Below, piece after piece: positions 25,617 through 35,562 of a DNA stretch of 64,000 nucleotides (its first letter is position 1; the number at the start of each line of letters is the position of its first letter). Origin of the DNA: Acutalibacteraceae bacterium (lineage in GTDB: Bacteria; Bacillota; Clostridia; Oscillospirales; Acutalibacteraceae). Location: contig JBJEQD010000105.1 of NCBI GenBank assembly GCA_051881575.1, positions 4,316-68,315 on the forward strand, read 5' to 3'. The position numbers and the translations under genes are program-made. Below the pieces are notes generated by a model that was given only the letters and a program-made list of their open reading frames with translations, ran no database searches and had not been told where the DNA came from.

Positions 25617-26111
25617 TTATTTAATGTGTTTTTTGAAAAATGCTTTGATTCCCGACGGCCCTGCAAAAATAAAAACAAGGCTTGCGGCAACGCTGACAAT
25701 CAGCAGAATCAAAACGGGAATATTTTTGCAGTAATATTCAGCCATGGCACGGAACGCCTCGGGCTGATAAAGGATTGTAACGCCGACTGCAACCGCACCG
25801 ACTGCGGCAAAAAGCACCGCTCCTGCGGCGGCGTCCTTTGCCGCCTTGGCAAGAGGATTTCTTTTTCCGCCCGTTTCAATGTCAACCGCCCTTTCAACGG
25901 CGGTGTTGACCGCTTCAAGAGCAAAAACGGCGGCGCAGGTTATAATCAGAATTGCCGCCTGAGTTCTGCTGACCTCAAAGAAGTCATAGACTGTCAGAAA
26001 TCCGAGCATATAAGACGCAAAGCAAAGGTGGATTCTCATGTTCTGCTCGTTTGCAATGCAGTATGTTATTCCTTTGAAAGCATAATAAAAGCTTTTGATA
26101 AGTTTTTTCAT
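25617..26111 (-). CDS. dgkA: Diacylglycerol/undecaprenol kinase (DgkA family)
   Basis: EQNMRIH, EAVNTAVERAVD, AKDAAAGAVL. Confidence 0.88.
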   Translation of the reverse strand: MKKLIKSFYYAFKGITYCIANEQNMRIHLCFASYMLGFLTVYDFFEVSRTQAAILIITCAAVFALEAVNTAVERAVDIETGGKRNPLAKAAKDAAAGAVLFAAVGAVAVGVTILYQPEAFRAMAEYYCKNIPVLILLIVSVAASLVFIFAGPSGIKAFFKKHIK

Positions 26112-26620
26112 TCTTCGTCGTCATCCATGTAGTAGCTCGAATTGCGTTTTAAGCCGAGCTTTGTTAAAACGGTTTCTTCCTTTTCACGCATTCTGACGCT
26201 CTCAATGCCGCCGTTTACATGGTCGTAGCCGAGCAGGTGAAGCATCGAATGAACCGTCAGAAAGCCAATCTCTCTTTGCAGGCTGTGACCGTATCTGTCC
26301 GCCTGGTCGATTGCGTGGGGAATCGAAATAACAATGTCGCCGAGGATTTTCGCTCCCGTGTCCTGATTAATGTCGTAAACTCCGTTTTCACCCATCGGGA
26401 ACGACAGAACATCGGTAGGTCTGTCAATGTTTCTGTATTCCTTATTGAGCTTCTGAATCTCATCGTCATCAACGAAGGTTACGCTTATTTCGGCGGAGCC
26501 GTCAAATTCTTCAAGCACCAGAACAGCCGTGCAGCAGCGGCGGACAAGCAGACGAACGCCCGTCGGTATTCTGACCTCGTGCTGTTCATTTGATATAATA
26601 ACTTTAACCTTGCCGATCAT
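26108..26620 (-). CDS. ybeY: rRNA maturation RNase YbeY
   Basis: RPTDVLSFP, LGDIVIS, HSMLHLLGYDH. Confidence 0.95.
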   Translation of the reverse strand: MIGKVKVIISNEQHEVRIPTGVRLLVRRCCTAVLVLEEFDGSAEISVTFVDDDEIQKLNKEYRNIDRPTDVLSFPMGENGVYDINQDTGAKILGDIVISIPHAIDQADRYGHSLQREIGFLTVHSMLHLLGYDHVNGGIESVRMREKEETVLTKLGLKRNSSYYMDDDEE

Positions 26621-27582
26621 TTCCTTTTTCTCTCCTCTTCCTGTTTTTCGTACGCCTTGATAATATCCTGAACCAATCTGTGACGCACAACATCCTTTTC
26701 GCTGAATCTGACCGTGCCGATATCTTCGATGTTTTTCAGTATTCTGACCGCATCTTTAAGACCCGAGCGCTTGCCGTCTGGCAAATCTATCTGAGTTATG
26801 TCGCCCGTAACGACCATTTTTGAATTGAAGCCGAGGCGGGTCAGGAACATTTTCATCTGCTCCGCCGTCGTGTTCTGCGCTTCGTCAAGAATGATGAAGC
26901 TGTCGTCAAGAGTTCTGCCTCGCATATATGCAAGGGGGGCTACCTCAATGTCTCCCCGCTCCTGATGCTTCTGAAAATTCTCTGCGCCGAGCATGTCAAA
27001 AAGAGCATCGTAAAGCGGTCTTAAATAAGGGTCAACCTTTGACTGTAGGTCACCCGGCAGAAAGCCGAGCTTTTCTCCCGCTTCAACCGCAGGCCTTGTT
27101 AAGATTATGCGGTTGATTTCCTTGGCTCTGAACGCCGTTACCGCCATTGCAACGGCAAGATAGGTTTTGCCCGTGCCCGCAGGCCCGACGCCGAAAGTGA
27201 CGGTATTGTTTCTTATCGTTTCGATATATTTCTTCTGACCGAGAGTTTTGGGCTTTACGGGCTTGCCCTTTGCGGTTATGCAAACGCAGTCCGCCGCCAT
27301 GTGAACCAATTTATCCTCGTTGCCCTCGTTGACAAGCGAGAGCACATACCGCACATTCTGATCGCTGAGCGATTCGCCACGGTTAATCAGGGTCAGCAGA
27401 CCGTTGATTGCCCGAACGCCCTTTTGAACATTATCAGCCTCGCCCGTGACTTTAAGCTCCGAGCCCCTGCTGATAACCGAAACCGAAAATTCCTTTTCGA
27501 TCAGTTTTATATTCTCATCAAAGCTGCCGAACAGGCTCACCGCCTGTTCCATCCTGTCAACATTTATTATCTGCTCAAACAT
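26617..27582 (-). CDS. phoH: PhoH family ATPase
   Basis: GPAGTGKTYLA, RPAVEAGEKLGFLPGD, RGRTL, DEAQN. Confidence 0.95.
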   Translation of the reverse strand: MFEQIINVDRMEQAVSLFGSFDENIKLIEKEFSVSVISRGSELKVTGEADNVQKGVRAINGLLTLINRGESLSDQNVRYVLSLVNEGNEDKLVHMAADCVCITAKGKPVKPKTLGQKKYIETIRNNTVTFGVGPAGTGKTYLAVAMAVTAFRAKEINRIILTRPAVEAGEKLGFLPGDLQSKVDPYLRPLYDALFDMLGAENFQKHQERGDIEVAPLAYMRGRTLDDSFIILDEAQNTTAEQMKMFLTRLGFNSKMVVTGDITQIDLPDGKRSGLKDAVRILKNIEDIGTVRFSEKDVVRHRLVQDIIKAYEKQEEERKRK

Positions 27583-27787
27583 AAGTCCAGCTCCTAAAGG
27601 CAGAAAATTATTACTGCTTATTATAACACGCTTTTCCGAAAAAGTCACTATAAATTAACAATTATTTATATAAATAAGCAGAAATTTTTATATTTTTTAT
27701 TTATTATGCCCCAAAAGATATAAAGCTGCCGGAAATACATAATAGAAATCCCCCGGCTCTGAATTATGCAAAGCCGGGGAAACAGAA

Positions 27788-29830
27788 TTATGCAAATAAA
27801 AGAACAATATGATAGACGATAAAGGTGACTATCCATGCCGTTACGGCCTGACAGCCGAGCGTGATTGCCGTCCACTTTCTGCTGTTCATTTCACGGCGTA
27901 TTGACGAAACCGCCGCAACGCAGGGGATAAACAGAAGCGTAAAGGTCATGAACGAATAAGCCTGAGCAGGAGTGAACACCTGAGAAATAACGTCCGAAAC
28001 TCCGCCCTCGCCCGAGCCGTAAAGTATGCCGAGAGTGCTGACTATCGATTCTCTTGCGATAAGTCCGCTGAGAACCGAAACCGAGCTTTGCCATTCGCCG
28101 AAGCCGAGCGGCGCAAATATCGGAGCAATCGCCTTGCCGATAACCGCAAGCATACTTTCATCGGGATTTGTTACATGCCTGAAGCTGAAGCTGAAATACT
28201 GAAGCGCCCAGACAACTATGCTTGCTCCGAGCAGAACCGTTCCCGCCTTTGTGAAGAAATCACGGAGCTTTTCCCAAAGATGAAGCCCGAGAGTTTTGGC
28301 GGTCGGCAGTCTGTAGGGCGGAAGCTCCATGACAAACGGAGTGTGACCGCCTTTAAGTATCGTTTTTTGCATGATGAACGCATATATTATCGCAACTATC
28401 AGACCGAGCGCATAGATTGAAAAAACGGTAATTCCGCTGTACGAAGCGAAAAGCGCAGAAATGAACACGGCGTAAACGGGCATTTTTGCGCTGCACGACA
28501 TAAACGGCACGAGCATTATGGTCATTCGCCTGTCTTTTTCGTTTTCAAGCGTTCTTGTTGCCATCAGCGCAGGCACGGAGCAGCCGAAGCCCATGAGCAT
28601 CGGCACAAAGGATTTGCCCGAAAGACCGATTGCGTGGAGCGCTCTGTCCATGATAAACGCCGCTCTCGCCATGTAGCCGCTGTCCTCAAGAATCGAAAGG
28701 AAAAGAAACAGCAAAGCAATCTGCGGAAAGAACGAAAGTATCGAGCCGAGGCCGCCGATAACGCCGTCGCAGACAAGCCCGACCGCCCAGTCCGCCGCTC
28801 CGAGATTAATCAGACCTTCTCTTGCGAACGAAGCAAATTTTTCGTTGAAAAGCATGTCGACAATATCCGTCAGTCGGCTTCCGAGCGCACCGAAAGTAAT
28901 ATAAAACACGCCTATCATAATCAGCGCAAACAGCGGAATTGCAAGAAAACGGTTTGTTACTACCCTGTCAATTTTATCCGAGGTTGAAAGCTCATGCGAT
29001 TTTTTGCTGAGCTTGACCGCCTTTTCGCAGAGTGAGCAAATAAATTTATATTTCTGATCAGCAACAATAATTTCCCTGTCAATTTTCGGAGTTTCGATTT
29101 TTTTAACCAAGCCGTCAATAAAATCCGCTTCCGCCTCTGAAAGCTCAAGAGACTTTTCGGTCGGTTCGTCGCCCTCAATCAGCTTGACCGCAGACCAACG
29201 CAGAGGAATGTTTTTGCTTACACATTTTTCTCTGATTATATCCTCAACGGTTTCAACCGTGTTTTTCAGCGATTCGGTATAAATCGGCAGAGGTTCGCCG
29301 ATGTTGATGTGCCTGTCAAGGTGATTTGACTCTCCCCTGTGGGCAAGCTCATGCTCGGCGGCGTGAATCAGCTTGTGAATGCCGACGCCCTTTGATGCGC
29401 TGATGGGAACAACTCTTATTCCAAGCTCGTTTTCAAGAACCTTGACATCAATCTTATCGCCCCGTTTTTCAAGCACATCAATCATGTTCAGGGCAATTAC
29501 CATCGGCACTCCGAGCTCCGAAAGCTGGATTGTGAGGTAAAGATTTCTTTCAAGATTGGTGGCGTCAACAATGTTTATTATCAAATCGGGCTTTTCATCG
29601 ATTATGTAATTTCTGCTGACAAGCTCCTCCGCCGAATAAGGAGAAAGTGAATAAATTCCGGGCAAATCAACAACGCTGATATCCGCATCGTTATGCTTGA
29701 GCTTGCCCTCTTTTTTCTCAACGGTAACGCCCGCCCAGTTGCCGACATATTGATTTGAACCCGTCAGAGCGTTGAAAAGAGTTGTTTTGCCGCAGTTCGG
29801 GTTGCCCGCAAGCGCATATCTGAGATTCAT
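27788..29830 (-). CDS. feoB: Ferrous iron transporter FeoB
   Basis: GNPNCGKTT, NWAGVTVE, DLPGIYS, MGFGCSVP, PFMSCSAK. Confidence 0.95.
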   Translation of the reverse strand: MNLRYALAGNPNCGKTTLFNALTGSNQYVGNWAGVTVEKKEGKLKHNDADISVVDLPGIYSLSPYSAEELVSRNYIIDEKPDLIINIVDATNLERNLYLTIQLSELGVPMVIALNMIDVLEKRGDKIDVKVLENELGIRVVPISASKGVGIHKLIHAAEHELAHRGESNHLDRHINIGEPLPIYTESLKNTVETVEDIIREKCVSKNIPLRWSAVKLIEGDEPTEKSLELSEAEADFIDGLVKKIETPKIDREIIVADQKYKFICSLCEKAVKLSKKSHELSTSDKIDRVVTNRFLAIPLFALIMIGVFYITFGALGSRLTDIVDMLFNEKFASFAREGLINLGAADWAVGLVCDGVIGGLGSILSFFPQIALLFLFLSILEDSGYMARAAFIMDRALHAIGLSGKSFVPMLMGFGCSVPALMATRTLENEKDRRMTIMLVPFMSCSAKMPVYAVFISALFASYSGITVFSIYALGLIVAIIYAFIMQKTILKGGHTPFVMELPPYRLPTAKTLGLHLWEKLRDFFTKAGTVLLGASIVVWALQYFSFSFRHVTNPDESMLAVIGKAIAPIFAPLGFGEWQSSVSVLSGLIARESIVSTLGILYGSGEGGVSDVISQVFTPAQAYSFMTFTLLFIPCVAAVSSIRREMNSRKWTAITLGCQAVTAWIVTFIVYHIVLLFA

Positions 29831-30060
29831 TTCTCCACCTCCACGCTTATTTCGAGCGCCTCGCTGCGCCTTATGCTCAGCTCATAGCCTCTGACATTTA
29901 TTTCAATCGGGTCTCCGAGCGGCGCCTGCTTTCGCATGATTATCACCGCACCCGGAGTTATGCCCATATCGATAATATGGCGGCGAACCGCACCCTTGCC
30001 GCCGAGCGAATCAACAATTCCTTTCTCTCCCGGCTTCATTTTATCAACAGTTTTCAGCAT
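29827..30060 (-). CDS. feoA: Ferrous iron transport protein FeoA
   Basis: DMGITPG...APLGDPIEINVRGYELSIR. Confidence 0.92.
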   Translation of the reverse strand: MLKTVDKMKPGEKGIVDSLGGKGAVRRHIIDMGITPGAVIIMRKQAPLGDPIEINVRGYELSIRRSEALEISVEVEK

Positions 30061-30089
30061 TTTTCAATCTTCCTCTCCGAAATCCGCAC

Positions 30090-30147
30090 AGTTAACCTTA
30101 ACTAATTAATCTAAACTAACTTTACACCAATATTCCTGTTTTGTCAA
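30090..30147 (-). promoter_or_regulatory. feoAB promoter with candidate metal-dependent repressor operator
   Basis: TTGACA(30147)-17-TAAAGT; palindrome AGTTAA-CC-TTAACT at 30090-30103 plus a related half-site downstream of the -10. Confidence 0.5.
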
Positions 30148-30252
30148 TGGTAATTAACACAAATAATCTCCCTCAAAGAGCAATTGAAACTATTGATATT
30201 GGCAAATCATTGTGATATAATATATTTTGTATTTTGAAACCGAAAGGATGTT

Positions 30253-30465
30253 TTGGAAATGAAAGAAATTACAAAAGATATGAAGATCGGCGAGATTCTT
30301 GATAATAACTCCGACCTTGCTCAGTTCTTCTTTGCAATGGGAATGCATTGCCTCGGCTGCCCCTCCGCAAGAAACGAAACGGTTGCTCAGGCTTGCATGG
30401 TTCACGGAACCGACGCTGACAAGCTCGTTGAGGATATCAACGATTATCTTGCAAAGAATGCTTAA
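30253..30465 (+). CDS. DUF1858 domain protein
   Basis: ITKDMKIGEIL...GMHCLGCPSARNETVAQACMVHG; promoter TTGATA-17-TATAAT at 30193-30221. Confidence 0.88.
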   Translation: MEMKEITKDMKIGEILDNNSDLAQFFFAMGMHCLGCPSARNETVAQACMVHGTDADKLVEDINDYLAKNA

Positions 30466-31153
30466 TCTTTCCGAAAGAATGCTCATGGCGGCGAAAATGG
30501 TAAGGCACGGCAGCGTTGTTGCCGATATCGGCACCGACCATGCCTACCTGCCCGCCTATCTCGTTCTGAACGGGATTGCTCCAAAGGCTCTTGCGTGCGA
30601 TGTTCGCAAGGGTCCGCTTGCAAACGCCGAAAAAACGGTTGAGCATTACGGACTTGAGAAGCAAATCACCCTGCGGCTTTCGGACGGCTTTGACGAAATC
30701 GAGCCGTTTGAAGCGCAGGATTTTATTATCTGCGGCATGGGCGGCACTCTGATGGAACAGCTCGTTTCACGGACCTTTTGGCTGAAAGACAAATCAAAAC
30801 GCATTATCGTTCAGCCCCAATCCCACGCCGAGGATATCAGAAAATTCTTTGTTGAAAACGGTTTCAGAATACTGTTTGAGGACGCCTGCGTTGACTCCGG
30901 CAAGCTTTACTGCGCCATGGCGGCGGAATACACGGGCGAAATAACCGAAAAACCGATTTCTTACATATACACGGGCGAACTGCCCTCCTGCAAAAAGGAA
31001 GAAGCCCGTCTCTATCTTCAGAAAATCGTTTCAAGGCTCAGGAAAAAGGCGGAATCCGAGCGGCTTCACGGCTCTGCCGACGAAGCGGAAAGGCTCGAAA
31101 AAATCATTGCCGAAACGGAGGAGAAAATCAATGCAATGCAAACCGACGGTTAA
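30458..31153 (+). CDS. trmK: tRNA (adenine22-N1)-methyltransferase
   Basis: LSERM...VADIGTDHAYLP, ICGMGG, IIVQPQS; true start MLNLSER at 30458. Confidence 0.9.
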   Translation: MLNLSERMLMAAKMVRHGSVVADIGTDHAYLPAYLVLNGIAPKALACDVRKGPLANAEKTVEHYGLEKQITLRLSDGFDEIEPFEAQDFIICGMGGTLMEQLVSRTFWLKDKSKRIIVQPQSHAEDIRKFFVENGFRILFEDACVDSGKLYCAMAAEYTGEITEKPISYIYTGELPSCKKEEARLYLQKIVSRLRKKAESERLHGSADEAERLEKIIAETEEKINAMQTDG

Positions 31154-31892
31154 AGATATTTTCGATTTTATCAATTCATTTGCGCCGTTTGACAGGCAAT
31201 GCGAATGGGATAACAGCGGTCTGCTTGTCGGCAATCCCGCCGCTTTGGTCAAAAAAATCGGCGTTGTGCTCGACATAACCTCCGATGCGGTAAAATACGC
31301 CGCAGAAAACGGAATTGACCTTATCGTCAGCCATCATCCCGTTATTTTCAGAGCCGCAAAAAGCTTTCTTGACGGCGACCCTGCGTTTATGCTCGCTCAA
31401 AACGGAATTTCGGCAATCTGCGCCCACACCTCGCTTGACATTGCAAACGGCGGCGTTAACGACGTCCTTGCAGAAGCTCTCGGCTTTGAAAATGCCGCTT
31501 CAATCTGCGAAGGCGAAGCGGAAATGCTCAGGGCTGCGGATATTCCCGAAACCGACGGAGAAAGCCTTGCAAAACTTGTTTCCGAAAAGCTTTCGGCGGG
31601 TGTCAGGCTTGCCGATTGCGGAAAAAGGATAAAGAGAATTGCCCTCTGCGGAGGAAGCGGCGGCGACTTCATTGAGGATGCGGCATCAGCAGGCTGTGAC
31701 GCATACATAACGGGCGACCTGTCTCACCACGATTTTCTCAAAGGCATTGAATGCGGAGTAACTTTAATTGCCGCAGGGCATTTTGAAACCGAAAATCCCG
31801 TTGTATCCGTTTTATGCAAAAAGCTTAACGAAAACTTTGACTGCGAGACTGTTATAATACCGCAGACGTCACCCGTAAAATATTATTTTTAA
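31131..31892 (+). CDS. Nif3-like dinuclear metal centre protein (YqfO family)
   Basis: WDNSGLLVG, SHHPVIF, HTSLD, ITGD...HH, AGHFETE. Confidence 0.92.
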   Translation: MQCKPTVKDIFDFINSFAPFDRQCEWDNSGLLVGNPAALVKKIGVVLDITSDAVKYAAENGIDLIVSHHPVIFRAAKSFLDGDPAFMLAQNGISAICAHTSLDIANGGVNDVLAEALGFENAASICEGEAEMLRAADIPETDGESLAKLVSEKLSAGVRLADCGKRIKRIALCGGSGGDFIEDAASAGCDAYITGDLSHHDFLKGIECGVTLIAAGHFETENPVVSVLCKKLNENFDCETVIIPQTSPVKYYF

Positions 31893-31904
31893 GAGGAAAA
31901 AACT

Positions 31905-33662
31905 ATGCCCCTTGACGGAATAACCCTGAATCTGTTAACAAAAGAGCTTTCACAATATATAATCGGAAGCAGAGTTGAAAAAATACACCAGCCCTCAAAA
32001 GACGAGCTGGTGTTCCATTTGCGAACCCGTGAGGGCGCATACCGCCTGCTTGTTTCGGCTTCTGCCAACAGCCCGAGGCTTCATCTGATTTCGGGCGCTC
32101 CCGAAAATCCCGCTTCGCCGCCCATGCTCTGCATGCTGTTCAGAAAGCATCTGACGGGTGCGACAATAACGGGAATTCGTCAGCTCGGGCTTGACCGTGT
32201 TGTCTTTCTCGACTTCTCTGGGACAAATGAGATAGGCGACAGCGTAAACTTCACTCTCTGCGTTGAAATAATGGCGAAACACAGCAATATAATTCTGATT
32301 AACGGCGACGGAAATATCGTTGACTCTGTAAAGCGAGTTGACTTTACTCAGTCGTCGGTTCGTCAGATTCTCCCCTCTCTGAAATACGAACTGCCGCCCC
32401 GTCAGAACAAGCTGAATCTGACCGAATCCGACCCCGAAGCGGTTGCAAAAGCGGTTGAAAGCTGCACGGGAAAGCGTCTTTCGGGGGCAATTCTGGAGAC
32501 CGTTGAGGGCGCTTCTCCCTTGATATGCCGAGAGATTGCGGCATTTGCCTGCGGCGACGACATCGCTGTTTCCGAAATGAACGGCTTTCACCGTGAACGG
32601 CTCATTAAGAAACTTTGCGAACTGCGTGATACTCTGCTCAGCGGCAAGGGTGAACCGACAATGCTGATGCGTGATTCCGTAAAGCCTTTTGACTTTACAT
32701 TTACGGATATAACGCAATACGGCTTCACGGTTACTTCAAAGCGTTTTGACAGCTTTTCGGAGCTTCTCGACGACTTTTATTTTGAAAAAGACCGTTTTGA
32801 AAGAACCCGTCAGCGCAGTCAATCGCTGTTGAAGCTGCTGAACAATGCCGCCGCAAGAGCAGCAAGAAAGCTTCAGAGCAGAAAAGCGGAGCTTGAAGCC
32901 TGCGCCGACCGAGACACGCTCAGAATCAATGCGGAGCTTATTCTCGCCAATCAATACAGGCTTGAAAAAGGCTCGCTTTTCTATGACCTTGAAAATTTTT
33001 ATGATGAAAACAAAACGGTCAGAATTGCCACCGACCCTTCGCTTTCTCCCTCGGCAAACGCTCAGAAATATTTCAAGGAATACCGAAAAGCGAAAACGGC
33101 GGAGCAGATGCTCGGCGAGCTTATCGAGCAGAGCGAGCAGGAGCTTGCCTATCTTGAAACGGTTATCGATTCGGTCAACAGAGCCGACGGCTACACGGAG
33201 CTTGCCGAAATCCGAAATGAGCTTTACGAACAGGGCTACCTCAAAAGAGCAAAAACCGATAAGGCTAAAAAGCAGAAACCTCTGCCGCCAATGGAATATG
33301 TTTCCGATGACGGCTACACGATTCTTGTCGGCAGAAACAACATTCAGAATGATATCCTGACCTTCAAAACTGCCGCAAAGGACGATTCATGGTTTCATGT
33401 TCAGAAAATGCCAGGCTCTCATGTCGTTGTTATCGGCAACGGCGATATTATCCCCGAGCGCACCTGCCGTCAGGCCGCCGTTCTTGCCGCCTATCACAGC
33501 GGAGGGCGTGAATCCTCACAGGTTGCGGTTGATTATACCGAAGTGCGTTCGCTGAAAAAGCCGAGCGGCACACGCCCCGGAAAGGTCATTTATCACACAT
33601 ATAATACCATGTGGGTAACCCCCGACCGTGACATATGCGAACGGCTCAAAAAGAAGAAGTGA
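31905..33662 (+). CDS. rqcH: Ribosome quality control protein RqcH / NFACT (FbpA) family
   Basis: MPLDG...RVEKIHQP, PPMLCMLFRKHL, EIMAKHSN, VGRNNIQND, WFHVQKMPGSHV. Confidence 0.92.
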   Translation: MPLDGITLNLLTKELSQYIIGSRVEKIHQPSKDELVFHLRTREGAYRLLVSASANSPRLHLISGAPENPASPPMLCMLFRKHLTGATITGIRQLGLDRVVFLDFSGTNEIGDSVNFTLCVEIMAKHSNIILINGDGNIVDSVKRVDFTQSSVRQILPSLKYELPPRQNKLNLTESDPEAVAKAVESCTGKRLSGAILETVEGASPLICREIAAFACGDDIAVSEMNGFHRERLIKKLCELRDTLLSGKGEPTMLMRDSVKPFDFTFTDITQYGFTVTSKRFDSFSELLDDFYFEKDRFERTRQRSQSLLKLLNNAAARAARKLQSRKAELEACADRDTLRINAELILANQYRLEKGSLFYDLENFYDENKTVRIATDPSLSPSANAQKYFKEYRKAKTAEQMLGELIEQSEQELAYLETVIDSVNRADGYTELAEIRNELYEQGYLKRAKTDKAKKQKPLPPMEYVSDDGYTILVGRNNIQNDILTFKTAAKDDSWFHVQKMPGSHVVVIGNGDIIPERTCRQAAVLAAYHSGGRESSQVAVDYTEVRSLKKPSGTRPGKVIYHTYNTMWVTPDRDICERLKKKK

Positions 33663-33768
33663 TTAATAGGATTCAATAATGCTTTTTGAAGAATGCAAAG
33701 CCGTATTTAATTCTGCGATGAATTAATGTTATAGCAAAAATCGAACTATAATAACCCAAAATCTATTT

Positions 33769-33810
33769 CAGCCGAGTTCGTGCAATTTGTGCGGATTCGG
33801 CTGTTTTTAT
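33769..33810 (+). terminator. Terminator after rqcH
   Basis: CAGCCGAG...TTCGGCTG stem followed by TTTTT. Confidence 0.6.
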
Positions 33811-33927
33811 ACCCAACTCGGATAATGACGCTTTTGTGAAAAATAAAAAAGACAATATTTTTCATAAATATCGCTTTGATTCTCGAAAAAAACGCAGAAA
33901 AAAATTCGCAGTTTTATCCTTTTTCTG

Positions 33928-33956
33928 TTGACAATGCTACGATTATGTGCTATTCT
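33928..33956 (+). promoter_or_regulatory. Strong sigma-A promoter heading the AT-rich gene run
   Basis: TTGACA-17-TATTCT with TG extension. Confidence 0.6.
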
Positions 33957-34039
33957 CATATTGTGAAATAAATAAATTTATTTATTGCGATAGCAATAGG
34001 GTTTATTGAGCGATTATTTCAGTCATTTATATATCGGAT

Positions 34040-34546
34040 GTGGTTATCATTAAACACATTGCAAATATAATTACTGCCGCCAGATTAATTCTTTCTGTTC
34101 CGCTTATTTTTTCAAAGCCTTTTTCGGCGGCATTTTATATTCTTTATTCATTATGCGGACTGTCCGACATGGCGGACGGATTCGTTGCCCGGCGCACGAA
34201 TACTGAGAGCAAAACGGGCGAAAAGCTTGACAGCGCAGCGGATTTTCTGTTTTTGGCTGTATGCTTCATTAAAATTATTCCGTGTTTATCCCTGCCGCCG
34301 TGGATTTGGGTATGGGTCGGAATCATTTTTGCCATCAGAGTTGTAAATATTGTTATAGGATTTATCCTACACGGAAAAGCATTTGCAATGCACACCCCTC
34401 TCAACAAAATCACGGGACTTCTGCTGTTTTTGATTCCGTTTTTCATTCCTGTGTTTAATATTCTCTGCCCTGTTATTATTACCTGTGTTAGTGCAACTCT
34501 CGCATGCGTGCACGAAGGATATCTGATATTAAAGGATAAAGAATAA
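34040..34546 (+). CDS. CDP-alcohol phosphatidyltransferase family protein
   Basis: ANIITAAR, DMADGFVAR...GEKLDSAAD (DxxDGxxAR...GxxxDxxxD); start codon uncertain (GTG 34040). Confidence 0.85.
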   Translation: MVIIKHIANIITAARLILSVPLIFSKPFSAAFYILYSLCGLSDMADGFVARRTNTESKTGEKLDSAADFLFLAVCFIKIIPCLSLPPWIWVWVGIIFAIRVVNIVIGFILHGKAFAMHTPLNKITGLLLFLIPFFIPVFNILCPVIITCVSATLACVHEGYLILKDKE

Positions 34547-34563
34547 TTTATACCTATTTTTTA

Positions 34564-34637
34564 TTGTCTCTGAAATCAAGTAACCGACGGTTAAATCTTG
34601 TCGCAATTATTAACGGGACGGTTTTTGTCAGAGACAA
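34564..34637. repeat. Degenerate ~75-bp palindrome
   Basis: TTGTCTCTGA (34564) / TCAGAGACAA (34628) arms with inner AACCG.C.GTTAA / TTAACGGGACGGTT. Confidence 0.5.
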
Positions 34638-34698
34638 ATCGTTGTTGGTGTAGTTATAAATATATTTTTGCTCGTTTATAGAATGGAGATGATTATAA

Positions 34699-35466
34699 AT
34701 GAGAATTGCTGCGTATCAATTTGCGGTATCCGGAAATATTAGTGAGAATTATAAAGAAATAGAAAAAGCAATATATCTCGCAAAAACTGAAGATGTTCAG
34801 TTGCTTATATTTCCTGAATGTTCATTAACAGGGTATCCTCCGAGGGATATAGCTAATTCGTCATGTGTTGATTTTAATCTTGTTCAGACAATGTGTGATA
34901 AACTTCAATCAATAGCTAACGAAAATGATATTTCCTTTATTATTGGAACTATATTCAAAGAAAAAGAAATCTACAATAGAGCAATGTTGTTTCAGCCTAA
35001 CAGTCAAATTAAGTTCTATGACAAGCGTGCCTTGTGGGGATGGGATAAAGATAATTTCGCAAAAGGCAGTAATGATGGAATATTTGAAATGGAAGGGATA
35101 CAATTTGGAATAAGAATTTGTTTTGAAATCAGATTTCCTGAATTCTTTCGAGAACTATACAAAAGAAATACAGATATAAATCTTGTTCTATTTTATGATG
35201 TAGCAGATAAAGATGATAACGAAAGATATAACATGATTAGAGGACACTTACAAACTCGAGCAGTTGAAAATGTTACTACCACTATTTCTGTAAATGCTAT
35301 TTCACCATTTCAAACTGCTCCGACAATGGTTTTTGGGAAATCGGGTCAGTGCATAAAAGAATGTGTTAGAAATAAACCTGAACTTCTGATTTATGATTTT
35401 GAAAAGACAGATAATGATTTCGGCGAAAATGGAAGGACATCAATATCTGATATGCTGATTGTGTAG
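34699..35466 (+). CDS. Carbon-nitrogen hydrolase (nitrilase superfamily)
   Basis: IFPECSLTGY (Glu), YDKRALW (Lys), ICFEIRFPE (Cys) triad; AT-rich. Confidence 0.9.
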   Translation: MRIAAYQFAVSGNISENYKEIEKAIYLAKTEDVQLLIFPECSLTGYPPRDIANSSCVDFNLVQTMCDKLQSIANENDISFIIGTIFKEKEIYNRAMLFQPNSQIKFYDKRALWGWDKDNFAKGSNDGIFEMEGIQFGIRICFEIRFPEFFRELYKRNTDINLVLFYDVADKDDNERYNMIRGHLQTRAVENVTTTISVNAISPFQTAPTMVFGKSGQCIKECVRNKPELLIYDFEKTDNDFGENGRTSISDMLIV

Positions 35467-35562
35467 AGTGCAATTGATATTTCAAGACAATGAATTGGAC
35501 AACTTCCGGTTTTGTGATAAATTAACGAATTAATCAGTGCAACAAAAAATACGCAAGCATCA

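Noticed and set aside
30299-30457. N-terminal extension of trmK in the ORF track
   Set aside because: It overlaps the DUF1858 gene in another frame; TrmK similarity begins at 30458
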